Origin: Escherichia coli
GTDB lineage: Bacteria > Pseudomonadota > Gammaproteobacteria > Enterobacterales > Enterobacteriaceae
Length of the DNA: 64,000 bases
Reading direction: 5' to 3' (one strand)
NCBI RefSeq assembly: GCF_051903065.1
Contig: NZ_CP178438.1
Below the pieces are notes generated by a model, which worked only from the letters and a program-made list of their open reading frames with translations, was not told where the DNA came from and ran no database searches. The translations under genes and the position numbers were made by a program. The first letter of the stretch is position 1; each line of letters starts with the position of its first letter. Shown here one piece after another: positions 43,635 to 53,505 of this stretch.

Positions 43635-45584
43635 TCAGCAGCGGCTTAAATCTGCCTGCGCCTGAGCCAGTTTTTCTGCCGCCTGACGTAACGGTTCCAT
43701 CAACGGCATGGTCCGTGCTGGAGCATGAAGGCGGAATCGCTGCAACTCTGTCGCGCCGACAGTCAACGCCGATTCCAGCCGATGTCGTTTGGCGGCCATT
43801 TTCGCCATTACCGCTTGTCTTTCTGCAGGCGTTACCGCTTCGTTCGGCCTGAACACAAAACGGCGTTCACAGCTCGCTTTCCAGTCGATGACCGCCTGGG
43901 TCAGATGATCACCAAACCCTTTAACTTGCTTAACCCCACGACGGGTAACATCCGCGGCTGTTTCAATACCAAAAGACCGTAACGCCGCTTTACGCGCAGG
44001 GCCAACGCCGGGAATAGAGGCAGCATCAATAAAAAATCCCTCCAGAAACTTCTGCTTCTGCCGTTCCCTTGCAGTGTCGTGAAGTGCTGCCAGAGCACGT
44101 TTTTCTTCTTCCGGTAACCCGAGAATTTCGTCCTTCATTTTTTCGAGCATCGTCCGTTTGGCGATAAAACCTTCCAGCCCGCCCAACTGTTGGATCTGGT
44201 TGACTAAATGGTCATAGTCCATTTTCGCGCGATTAAATGCCTCACGGCGTTGCTGGATTTCTGCTTTATAAGCTTTGCTTGTCAGACTGCCAATAATCCA
44301 GATAGCCGCCAGCACAGGAACCAAAATAATATAACGCGGTTCTGCCTGAAGGCCGCAAAGCAACAGCGATAACGCTGACAGTGCGATCTCAATCAGAATG
44401 ATGTATTCGCGCCGTAACAGGCCTAAAGGAAGCGGCCTGCCAGTCGGTTGGAAATGATCGGGTAATGGCAATTGCAATGCTGGCGGTGCTACTGACGCCA
44501 TCACCATCGCCCAGACTTTCGCCAGCACAAAATCACCGCCGGTGGTAATGACCTCTTCACCGAGATCAATAAAATAGATAACGCCTTGATTATCCAGCGT
44601 ACACCACGGGCAGTCAGTCAAATGAGCGGGGTAAACATGCATTGCTGAAACGGTACATTTCTTTAACTGTTGGCGTAGAGAGTCCAGTGCCGCTACCCAC
44701 GCTTTAGCCGTCGGACGCCCCGTTGCCACGCCACTTTCCGTGAATGCCTGCTGAAACATGGCTTCAACATCGCCCGGTAACATCGACAGCGGAATAGATC
44801 GTGGCGGCGGTTTTAAACCACGCCGCTGATTATCTGACGCGTAGGCATAACGGAAATGGGCAATATCCGTCTCCAGCGCATTACCCGCATCAGAGATAAG
44901 CGGCACACCAGAATAAGGATGCCGCCCACCAAACAAGACGTGAAAAATCAGCAACGCAAGGCCAAAATTATCGTGATTTTCTGTGCGTTCAAAACCGACA
45001 AATGATGGCAAGGTTTGTAGCTCTGGCGGCGTAAAATGCGACACGCCAACTTCGCATAAATGCAACGTTCCATTGGCGTTAATCTGAAAGGAGTCGCTGT
45101 CGATCAACACCACTTTGCTGTCGCGACCTACCATAAAGCTGTTCTGGTTTACGTCACCCACGACGTGCCCGTGCTCGTGAACCGTAGCAAAAGATGAAGC
45201 AATATTACGCGCAACATAGAGTAGAAAATCCCACGCACAATGAGGGTAACTCTGGCGACGATGTGCCGGGCTATAGATCATATGAATCGGTTCTTTACCA
45301 GAAACTTTTGGCATCATAAAACCGATAACTTTTCCGCCTCGTCCACCGTGAAGCGTTGCCTGCGGCCAGGCGACATAATTCAGCAACTGTGCATCAGCTG
45401 TCGCAGCCATAAAGGCAAGTTTGTCCTGTTTTAAGGCGGGTGGCGGCGTGTGATAAATCTTAGCGACGCTATCGACAAACTCCTCGATATCATAAACCGC
45501 GCCTTCGCCACCTTTGCCCAGTTCACGGCCTGGCGTAACGCACTCACCAGTAGCAGTATATAAAGTGGGTTTCATGGTAACCAC
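43635..45584 (-). CDS. yegI: Atypical Ser/Thr protein kinase YegI (kinase-like N-terminus, TM segment, C-terminal helix-hairpin-helix region)
   Basis: 649-aa ORF; lysine-containing kinase-like N-terminal motifs; membrane segment; overlaps the downstream phosphatase gene start. Confidence 0.85.
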   Translation of the reverse strand: MVTMKPTLYTATGECVTPGRELGKGGEGAVYDIEEFVDSVAKIYHTPPPALKQDKLAFMAATADAQLLNYVAWPQATLHGGRGGKVIGFMMPKVSGKEPIHMIYSPAHRRQSYPHCAWDFLLYVARNIASSFATVHEHGHVVGDVNQNSFMVGRDSKVVLIDSDSFQINANGTLHLCEVGVSHFTPPELQTLPSFVGFERTENHDNFGLALLIFHVLFGGRHPYSGVPLISDAGNALETDIAHFRYAYASDNQRRGLKPPPRSIPLSMLPGDVEAMFQQAFTESGVATGRPTAKAWVAALDSLRQQLKKCTVSAMHVYPAHLTDCPWCTLDNQGVIYFIDLGEEVITTGGDFVLAKVWAMVMASVAPPALQLPLPDHFQPTGRPLPLGLLRREYIILIEIALSALSLLLCGLQAEPRYIILVPVLAAIWIIGSLTSKAYKAEIQQRREAFNRAKMDYDHLVNQIQQLGGLEGFIAKRTMLEKMKDEILGLPEEEKRALAALHDTARERQKQKFLEGFFIDAASIPGVGPARKAALRSFGIETAADVTRRGVKQVKGFGDHLTQAVIDWKASCERRFVFRPNEAVTPAERQAVMAKMAAKRHRLESALTVGATELQRFRLHAPARTMPLMEPLRQAAEKLAQAQADLSRC

Positions 45585-46333
45585 AGCGCCAGTGCCAACG
45601 TTTTATCATCATCGGTACGCTCGTTTACCGCCGGGCTGGACAAAAACTGCTTTAACAATTCAGGTAATAAATCGAGCTGTTCCTGCGTTGCTGCCGCCAG
45701 TCCATTGAAAAAAGGGGTAAAGAAAGGCACATGCGGAGAATTATCCAACATATTTAACGCCAGTCGCTGGATACCATCCGTAAATGCTGCAACTTTATGC
45801 ACACGCTCAGTGCTGGTGAAAGTTTCCAGTCTGGAAACAGCATCTTCATCGCTAATGAAATGCGTCATATTGGCATATTCACCCACCATCGGCGTGAGCG
45901 GCAGTTCCAGACCACGACCAAAATCCACCACTACACCGCCGTCGCCAATTTGCATAATCAATGTGCCGTTAGCCGATGAAATCAATCCCAGAAACGTGCA
46001 GGCAAAATCGCGAACTGCTAATGCTTTGGCTTCTGCCTCGGCAAAAAGTCGTTGACGAATGGTCAGTACCATATTTGTGGCGAGGACATCATTAAGCCCC
46101 AATTCACCGTCCTGTACTTTTTGCACCATAAACGCCATCGCTTCATTGACGGCGAGCTTCGCGCCTTCTCCTCCCTGCGAAACGCTACCTGCGCCATCAG
46201 CAAGGAACATCACCAGTAATGGCTGCTGGTCATTTAGCCAGGCAACCTGCATCTGGCAGGCATCCTGACAAGGTAAATCAGCGCTAATGTGCGACGTTCC
46301 AACAGCGGATGCATAAACCAGACGCCAGCTCAC
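45572..46333 (-). CDS. pphC: PP2C-family protein phosphatase PphC (YegK)
   Basis: 253-aa ORF (…[20 protein letters not shown]…) consistent with an atypical PP2C fold; operonic with yegI and yegL. Confidence 0.8.
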   Translation of the reverse strand: MSWRLVYASAVGTSHISADLPCQDACQMQVAWLNDQQPLLVMFLADGAGSVSQGGEGAKLAVNEAMAFMVQKVQDGELGLNDVLATNMVLTIRQRLFAEAEAKALAVRDFACTFLGLISSANGTLIMQIGDGGVVVDFGRGLELPLTPMVGEYANMTHFISDEDAVSRLETFTSTERVHKVAAFTDGIQRLALNMLDNSPHVPFFTPFFNGLAAATQEQLDLLPELLKQFLSSPAVNERTDDDKTLALALWLP

Positions 46334-46989
46334 ACTGACGTCCAGCCTTTTGGCGCTTCCAGCACAACTTCCGTTCCCGGCGTGGAGCGGGAAACCGAAC
46401 GCAGCGAACTGGATAACCAGCTAAACAGTTCACGGAATTGTAATCCCTGCAGTGGCAAAGGCTGACGAACGCTGATTTGTGCCAGAGTCTTCATATCCGC
46501 CCCCTGAACACCGATGGAAAAGAAGGCAAACTTCTTATCTTCTTCCCCCTGAAACACTTTGTTGGCGGCAGCCTGCCACTCATCGGTTGGTGCACCATCG
46601 GTGATTAGGAAAATCCACGGGCGATAATACGAAATACCATTTGCGCGGTACTCACGTTTCCTCTTTTCAACCATATCCAGGGCTTTGGTAATGGCGGCCC
46701 CCATAGGCGTATCCCCTTGGGCAAACAGGATGGGCGGGAAAAAGTTAGCGGCGCTGGTAAAGGGTTGTTCCACATGCACCGGGCCGAACGTCACAATGCC
46801 GAGTTCCACTCTTTTTAAAGCCAGCGGATCAGCAAGCAGTTCATCACGAAAGGTAACCAATCCGGCGTTAAGTTCATTAATGGGTCTACCGTTCATCGAA
46901 CCAGAAACATCCAGCAGCAGAATGCAGGGGCAACGTGGTTCCGGGTTACTGGCAGAATCGCTGGTGGCAAACATGATTTGTTCGCTCAT
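46330..46989 (-). CDS. yegL: von Willebrand factor A domain protein YegL
   Basis: 219-aa ORF with a vWA MIDAS-like motif (LLLDVSGSM). Confidence 0.85.
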   Translation of the reverse strand: MSEQIMFATSDSASNPEPRCPCILLLDVSGSMNGRPINELNAGLVTFRDELLADPLALKRVELGIVTFGPVHVEQPFTSAANFFPPILFAQGDTPMGAAITKALDMVEKRKREYRANGISYYRPWIFLITDGAPTDEWQAAANKVFQGEEDKKFAFFSIGVQGADMKTLAQISVRQPLPLQGLQFRELFSWLSSSLRSVSRSTPGTEVVLEAPKGWTSV

Positions 46990-47164
46990 AAGAAATCATT
47001 TCTTAGAGAATTATTGAGGTCCGGTATCATACCGACTGCAATAATGAAATAAGAGCAAACGAAGAAACTTTCAGAATTAGTCCCGGCGGCGCAGAAAATT
47101 TTGCTATTCGCCTCGCAAGAACGGAGAGCCGTCGATTGACACTAAGGGCGGAGTGACATAATTT

Positions 47165-47315
47165 CAGGAGTGAGGGTTAGGGAAAGGTTTCCCCCTCCCC
47201 CTGGTGTTCTTAGTAAGCCTGGAAGCTAATCACTAAGAGTATCACCAGTATGATGACGTGCTTCATCATAACCCTTTCCTTATTTAAGGCCCCTTCCTCG
47301 GGAGGGGCTTTCCCG
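47165..47315 (+). ncRNA. sibA: SibA antisense sRNA (antitoxin to ibsA); ends approximate
   Basis: ttgaca / cataat promoter-like elements around 47139-47163; antisense to ibsA; GC hairpin ccccttcctcgggaggggc followed by a T-rich run. Confidence 0.55.
47210..47269 (-). CDS. ibsA: Type I toxin IbsA (19 aa hydrophobic peptide)
   Basis: Minus-strand translation gives MMKHVIILVILLVISFQAY with an AAGGG Shine-Dalgarno-like sequence upstream. Confidence 0.8.
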   Translation of the reverse strand: MMKHVIILVILLVISFQAY

Positions 47316-47499
47316 TTTCAGCATCCCGCTGAAATCGTCGGCTTACCTCCTTTCGCCATGCATGCAGTCTATCGCTGACTTGCGGATAAAATAGTTTCCA
47401 GTGTGATTATTGCGTAACGTCTCGCAAAGAATATTTGCTGGCAGGATCGCAGACTGCAAAGCCTGCAGATTGACAATCTGACCGTGAAGGCATACTTTC

Positions 47500-47620
47500 A
47501 GGAGTGAGGGTTGAGCGGGGTTTCCCCCGCCCTGGTAGTCTTAGTAAGCTGGCCAGCTAATGACTAAGAGCACCACGATGATGAGTAGCTTCATCATGAC
47601 CCTTTTCTTATTAAAGGATG
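47500..47620 (+). ncRNA. sibB: SibB antisense sRNA, apparently lacking its native 3-prime hairpin
   Basis: ttgaca / catact promoter-like elements at about 47471-47497; homology with the sibA copy stops near 47618. Confidence 0.45.
47541..47597 (-). CDS. ibsB: Type I toxin IbsB-like (18 aa hydrophobic peptide)
   Basis: Minus-strand translation gives MMKLLIIVVLLVISWPAY; paralogous to ibsA. Confidence 0.75.
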   Translation of the reverse strand: MMKLLIIVVLLVISWPAY

Positions 47621-47763
47621 ACAAAATAATACAAATCACTTAAAAATCATCGCATTACACGAATTTGCGGTTAAATAATAGACTACAAAGTGCGACAAAA
47701 CGCAACATATGCAGTCACTATGAATCAACTACTTAGATAGTACTAGTGACCTGTAACAGAGCA

Positions 47764-47805
47764 TTAGCGCAAGGTGATTTTTTGTCCTCTTGCGCTAATT
47801 TTTTG
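47764..47805 (+). terminator. Rho-independent terminator-like hairpin
   Basis: Perfect 10-bp stem ttagcgcaag / cttgcgctaa with a 15-nt loop, followed by tttttt. Confidence 0.35.
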
Positions 47806-47961
47806 TCATCAAACATGTCGTTCTCCAGAGAAGCATAAAGCCTTGCAATCAAGTGCAAAGCTTTGTGTACCAGAGTTTTTCCTCATCAACTACCACAAGT
47901 ATCGATCGATTGAGACTTGGATGATAGACTTCATGCCTTTCAGAACTCATTGATTACATAA

Positions 47962-48324
47962 ATGTTAAAGCTATTTGCAAAGTACACCTCGATTGGTGTG
48001 CTGAACACACTTATACACTGGGTGGTTTTTGGTGTATGTATCTATGCCGCGCATACCAATCAGGCTCTGGCAAACTTCTCAGGTTTCGTTGTGGCTGTGA
48101 GCTTTAGCTTCTTCGCGAATGCAAAATTCACATTCAAAGCATCGACTACAACGATGCGCTACATGTTATATGTCGGGTTCATGGGAACACTGAGTGCTAC
48201 TGTTGGATGGGCTGCTGATAAGTGCTCGCTTCCTCCAATTATCACTCTTATCACCTTCTCCGCCATCAGCCTGGTGTGCGGTTTCGTCTATTCAAAGTTC
48301 ATTGTCTTTAGGGATGCGAAATGA
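47962..48324 (+). CDS. gtrA: Bactoprenol-linked glucose translocase GtrA
   Basis: 120-aa small 4-TM protein of the GtrA family; start codon of the next gene overlaps its stop. Confidence 0.85.
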   Translation: MLKLFAKYTSIGVLNTLIHWVVFGVCIYAAHTNQALANFSGFVVAVSFSFFANAKFTFKASTTTMRYMLYVGFMGTLSATVGWAADKCSLPPIITLITFSAISLVCGFVYSKFIVFRDAK

Positions 48325-49241
48325 AAATATCTCTGATTGTTCCTGTCTTCAATGAAGAAGATGCGATACCAATTTTCTATAAAACGGTACGTGAATTCGA
48401 AGAGTTGAAGCCTTATGACGTCGAAATTGTATTCATAAATGACGGAAGCAAAGACGCCACGGAATCAATTATTAACGTTCTGGCTGTTTCAGATCCGCTA
48501 GTTGTTCCGCTGTCATTTACACGAAACTTTGGTAAAGAACCAGCATTGTTTGCAGGGTTAGACCATGCAACGGGCGATGCTGTTATTCCTATTGATGTTG
48601 ACCTGCAAGACCCGATTGAGGTTATTCCTCATCTGATTGAAAAGTGGCAGGCAGGTGCCGATATGGTGCTGGCAAAACGTTCAGATCGTTCAACTGATGG
48701 AAGATTAAAACGGAAAACCGCTGAGTGGTTCTATAAGCTTCACAATAAAATAAGCAATCCAAAGATTGAAGAGAATGTCGGCGATTTCCGCCTGATGTCT
48801 CGAGAGGTGGTAGAAAATATCAAACTACTGCCAGAGCGTAACCTGTTTATGAAAGGCGTTTTATCTTGGGTTGGCGGTAAGACGGATGTTGTTGAATACA
48901 TCCGTGCTGAACGCGTTGCCGGAAGCACAAAATTCAATGGCTGGAAGCTATGGAACCTGGCGCTTGAGGGAATTACAAGTTTCTCGACCTTCCCCTTACG
49001 CGTGTGGACTTACATCGGCCTACTTGTTGCGGGACTCTCGTTCCTTTACGGGGTGTGGATGATTTTCGACACATTGGTGTTCGGTAATGCTGTCCGCGGA
49101 TATCCTTCTATTCTTGTATCTATTCTCTTTTTAGGTGGCATTCAGTTAATTGGTATTGGGGTGCTGGGAGAATACATCGGCAGAATTTACGTAGAAGTTA
49201 AAAATCGTCCTAGATATGTACTTAAAAAAATAAAAGGTTAG
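48321..49241 (+). CDS. gtrB: Bactoprenol glucosyltransferase GtrB (GT2)
   Basis: 306-aa ORF with GT2 N-terminus ([11 protein letters not shown]...FINDGSKD) and two C-terminal TM segments. Confidence 0.9.
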   Translation: MKISLIVPVFNEEDAIPIFYKTVREFEELKPYDVEIVFINDGSKDATESIINVLAVSDPLVVPLSFTRNFGKEPALFAGLDHATGDAVIPIDVDLQDPIEVIPHLIEKWQAGADMVLAKRSDRSTDGRLKRKTAEWFYKLHNKISNPKIEENVGDFRLMSREVVENIKLLPERNLFMKGVLSWVGGKTDVVEYIRAERVAGSTKFNGWKLWNLALEGITSFSTFPLRVWTYIGLLVAGLSFLYGVWMIFDTLVFGNAVRGYPSILVSILFLGGIQLIGIGVLGEYIGRIYVEVKNRPRYVLKKIKG

Positions 49242-49246
49242 AGAAT

Positions 49247-50623
49247 ATGCGCATTTCAAAAAATGAAAAATACCTTTCATTGATTATGATAGCATTTTAC
49301 TTGCCATTTTTATTATCTGATTTACCTTTTAGGGACGATCTAAGCAGGACTTATTGGGGTTTTGTTGGGTTGTCTCAATTAGGTAGACCATTGGCAGACA
49401 TTGTTTATAGTTTGGTTGGATTTGGCTATGAGGGTGTTAACCTCAGCCCTATGCCTAAAATTATAGCGCTATTAATAATATTATCGTCTGCGATATTTTC
49501 ATACAGAACGCTATTCAACTCAATAGGAGCAACCGGGTTACTCTCTTTATCTATTTTCTTTGCAAATCCATTTATTATTCAAAATTTTGCATATCAGTAC
49601 GACTGTTTTCCAATGGCTTTATCTATTTTATTGGCGACATTATCTGTATTATATAGACCAAGATCAAGCTATTTTTATTTTCTTAGCGCATCATTTTTAT
49701 TAACTAGCGCAATATCACTTTATCAAGCATCTATATTTATTGCGGCATCTTTATATTTATGTAAGATCACTATTTATTTCGTTAACGATAGAAATCGCAG
49801 AGATGTTTTTATAGAATGCATGCTTACTCTTTTGTCTTCTTTTTTCTCTATTGCATGTTACATGGTGATTTTACTTTTTGTAGAAAATGGCGTGTCAAAA
49901 CGAGCTAGCATTACAGGGCCAAGTGGCGTTATTAGCAATATCGAGTTCCTTTTGGATAGGTTAAATAGCCTTTACCACTCGGTTTATATTTTTTTTATTA
50001 TTTTGTCATTAGTATTAATATTCTCTCTCTTGAGGATTTTTATCCTAAAAAGATATATCAATTTATGCGTGATATTACTAATACTTGTTGCGCTGCTAGT
50101 CTCTTCCCTACTCCCATCTGTCATCCTTAAGGAAGGGTTCGCCGGACCAAGAGTTTTAATGTCTATTTGTTCGGTATTTATATTTATATCTATCATTGCA
50201 ACCGGAAAAGAAAAATACGTATACGCCATGGTGTTATCTGTTTTAATGATGCATTCCATGTCTATTTCATACGCATTTTCAGGTGACATTAAGGCACAAT
50301 ACGATAGATACTCGATGATATCATCTCTTGTTTATAAAGATATTGATAATTACGTGTCGTCAAATACAGCAAAAATATACATTTCTTGCAAATCAACCCC
50401 ATCACAAAGAGAGTACGTTTTCTATAAATTCAACAATCACATAGCATGGCTCAACCCAGAAGAGGCTTGGGCTATCAGGTTTTTCATAAGAAATAATGGC
50501 GAGAGCAGGGTGGTGCACTCATGGGATGAATGCTTTGATATAAATGGAGGTAAGATCGTTAAAGAAAATGCATTTTATAAAATGGTTGAAAATAAAAATT
50601 CTTACTATTTCATAATGAAATAA
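49247..50623 (+). CDS. Serotype-specific O-antigen glucosyltransferase (GtrC-type polytopic membrane protein)
   Basis: 458-aa very AT-rich, highly hydrophobic ORF immediately after gtrAB; family call is by context and composition. Confidence 0.6.
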   Translation: MRISKNEKYLSLIMIAFYLPFLLSDLPFRDDLSRTYWGFVGLSQLGRPLADIVYSLVGFGYEGVNLSPMPKIIALLIILSSAIFSYRTLFNSIGATGLLSLSIFFANPFIIQNFAYQYDCFPMALSILLATLSVLYRPRSSYFYFLSASFLLTSAISLYQASIFIAASLYLCKITIYFVNDRNRRDVFIECMLTLLSSFFSIACYMVILLFVENGVSKRASITGPSGVISNIEFLLDRLNSLYHSVYIFFIILSLVLIFSLLRIFILKRYINLCVILLILVALLVSSLLPSVILKEGFAGPRVLMSICSVFIFISIIATGKEKYVYAMVLSVLMMHSMSISYAFSGDIKAQYDRYSMISSLVYKDIDNYVSSNTAKIYISCKSTPSQREYVFYKFNNHIAWLNPEEAWAIRFFIRNNGESRVVHSWDECFDINGGKIVKENAFYKMVENKNSYYFIMK

Positions 50624-50629
50624 ATATAG

Positions 50630-50663
50630 GCGGGGGGGGGGGTAACAATCCCCCGTCTTTTTT
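50630..50663 (+). terminator. Rho-independent terminator after the gtr operon
   Basis: G-run (11 G) pairing with ccccc across a taacaat loop, followed by tctttttt, 7 bp after the gtrC stop. Confidence 0.5.
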
Positions 50664-50849
50664 GCTACGGCAAGTGATTAATCGCAACAATTGATTATTA
50701 TTTATAACAAATGCGTCATCTACCGCTATTCGGGTGACATTTTCATTCCTTATCTAAAATACAATTAAATAATTAACAAATAATTAAACGAATTGCATGA
50801 AAAATACATTACCGAAAAGTTAGAATAGTGTGCGATTGAAAGTTAATAA

Positions 50850-53381
50850 CTATATAACGGATAGCGTTCTTATGTCATTGCTAGCTGGTGATGCCATAAC
50901 TATCTGTGTTACGTTAGCGCCAGACACCGTATACGTCAGAATTACGTTACCAACGGCTCCTATATTAAAGTTTTGTTTAGCTCCTGAGGTACCTATAGCT
51001 CTGGCATTCGTTAAAGTATACGTGCTTCCCGCAGTGAATCCTGTAGCAATTACAAATTGTTGACCAACTTTAAAAGGAACTGTCATTGTTGCGGATGTTG
51101 ACTCGACAGTAGCAAACGGCAGGCCAGGCTGTTTAACCCCCGTCACATCCCAGAACTCACAGTTACGCACCAATGCTCGACCAATTAAATCGCGAGTTAC
51201 AGGGAATGTTGTCTGGTCCTGTGATAAGAATGCTCCAACAATTTGCACGTTATCGAGCGTAATATCGTGTACTGTGGCCCCATCTATAGGACTTAACGTT
51301 GGTGATGCACTCCATAATTTACCACCCTTCATTTTGATACTTACAGGCCCGTTAGGGTCTGTCCCTCTAAAAGCGCGAATACTCTCAAATTTGCAATCTG
51401 TAAATTCATAGCTGCCGCGTTGGTTAGTTTCGAACAATGTATACGCCTCACCTGACACTCCGTGTCTTACATCACTGGCAACAACGCGCGGATTATGGCG
51501 GAATGATGCAGACGTGACAGAGAAAAATGGCGCGCAGACATCGTTAATAAGAATGTCTGTTGTATAACGCCCTGTAACAGCGCTCTCAGAGTCACTCATA
51601 TCCGAATATAGCGCTTTGAAGCGGGAGAAGTCTATGTTTAGACCTATTCCTGCACTTTTTGGTAATTGTCCAAAATCAAGCCCGTCAATAACAATTTTCT
51701 TAGGGAAATAAAGGGTGTTATCTCGAGCTACAGTTATTAATGTACCCGGATAAGTCAAGACGAAACCTGGATACATTTTAACATCTTTCAAGGTAACATT
51801 ATTGAATAACGTGGGGCTTATAGGCGACCCGCTACTAGGCCCTTGCCCAGCAGTAACAGCTGCGTTTATGATACCATTTCCGGGTGCGCCGCTGCGCAGG
51901 CCAGTTAACTTAATATTCTCCATGTATAAATCACCATCGAAGCCCCCCCCCAGCGTCAGAGCGAGTCGAAATAATATTACCAGGCTTATATGGTGAAGCA
52001 TTAAATATTGAATTGGTTACATACAAATCCCCGATACCAGAAGCGACGACACCATAAGTCCCAATATTACAGTCATTTATCTTTAAGTAGTTTTGGAAAG
52101 GTCTGTGGAAATCAATTCGACTAAGATCGCATCTTTCAAACCTTATATTGGCGCAATTATTGCTGCCTGTTGCCCCCCAGCCTTTACCATTTGCCGTTGC
52201 GTTTTTGATAGTGACATCCATAGAGTTAGATAGGGTTAAGGCGTATGCGTAGCTATCAACACCATCTATTAAGGCGTTTGCTATGGCTGGCGTGTATAAA
52301 CCATCAACTGTAACATCATAGCTTTCGTTAATTTCTATCCTGATATCATTAAAGTTTTGCGTTATCGGTCTGTTAATAAATGTCGTATTAACCAAGCGAA
52401 CTCGTGATGCTTGATTAATATAAATAATTCGATAATTCTTTGTAAGACTTTCGTCTATAGTCAATCCCTTAAGGTCTGCACATCTTTGCGTATTTTAAGT
52501 GCTTTAATTGATGTTGCGTTAGTTCCTAGGGCGTACTTAAGCGGGTTTTCAATGTATCCACGGTTATATACCCTGTTGAAATCTACGCGAGTTTGATTAA
52601 CGCCATCGAAAATAAACATAGGTTGAGATGTCGATAACTGAATGAAGCAACCGTCAAGGTCGGTATTAGAAGCCAAACCATCAAGATAGTTGCTACCTAT
52701 GTCGCGAGAGCCACTGGTGGACGTATTAACTCCATTAACTGGAGCCGAACCAGAACCGTATGTAACAGGGGCGACAGGCTGGCTAATAACAATTTGCCCT
52801 TTCCATGTAGCCGATGGTTTAAGCACACACCCGGTTAAATCCACATTTAAACTTTTAATATCAAGATAAGTATCACCATCTAGTAGAAAAGTTCCGTCAG
52901 ATTGCCTAACGTCTAAATTATTTGAATAAGCATAGTTCAGTGCCTTAGCTATGGCGGGAGCGTCATTTGTTACTCCATCACCAATAGCGCCAAACTCCTT
53001 CAACGTTACCCAGTATTTTACTTTCTCCAAGCTCTTTTGATATTGATCTGGGTCGTACTTCAGCACATTAGGAAAATAGAACTGCTGCGCACCATATGCA
53101 TCATAAACAGCCATAGAGTGGCCTTGCACAGTTACGAACTTGGCAATCTGTCCGTTATATACCGGATATCCAGCAGCGTTAATGATGATTGGTTGTGAAA
53201 CAGGAACGTGAGAACCATCCTCATTCTCCACATAAATCTGAATCTGGTTTTCAGGATTTACCGGGTCAGTGTCAATTTTTCCTATATAAATTTTGCCATT
53301 GGCAACCGCTTTAAAAGAACGTGCCATAGTGAAGAGTTGCGAAGGCATGCTTACCACAACATTTGCGGTGATATCTGTCAT
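50850..53381 (-). pseudogene. P22-like phage tailspike gene disrupted by at least two frameshifts
   Basis: Three consecutive minus-strand ORFs (52461-53381, 51931-52464, 50850-52001). The first begins [43 protein letters not shown], recognised from memory as the P22 gp9 head-binding domain; the others are beta-helix-like. One frame junction sits on a 9-nt homopolymer. Confidence 0.75.
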
Positions 53382-53505
53382 TTAATTTGCTCCAGATTCA
53401 AGGAATCGCCGCAGCATGGCTACGGTGAATTTTGTGCATAAAAAACCCAGCCGAAGCTGGGTCGTTGCGTTGGTTATCTGTAAGTAGTTATGTGCTTAGG
53501 TAATT

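Noticed and set aside
45584-47200. Missing yegJ
   Set aside because: I recall a yegJ gene near yegI/yegK/yegL in K-12 but cannot place it reliably from memory; yegI and pphC overlap directly here, so I make no claim of a deletion.
47880-47960. Dam/OxyR phase-variation switch upstream of gtrA
   Set aside because: Salmonella gtr promoters that phase-vary carry paired GATC sites; I found only one GATC (about 47904-47907) in the 260 bp upstream of gtrA, so the sequence does not support this.
50632-50642. G11 homopolymer as a contingency locus
   Set aside because: It is intergenic and forms the stem of an apparent terminator hairpin after gtrC, so length changes would not shift any reading frame; it may still be a sequencing-error hotspot.
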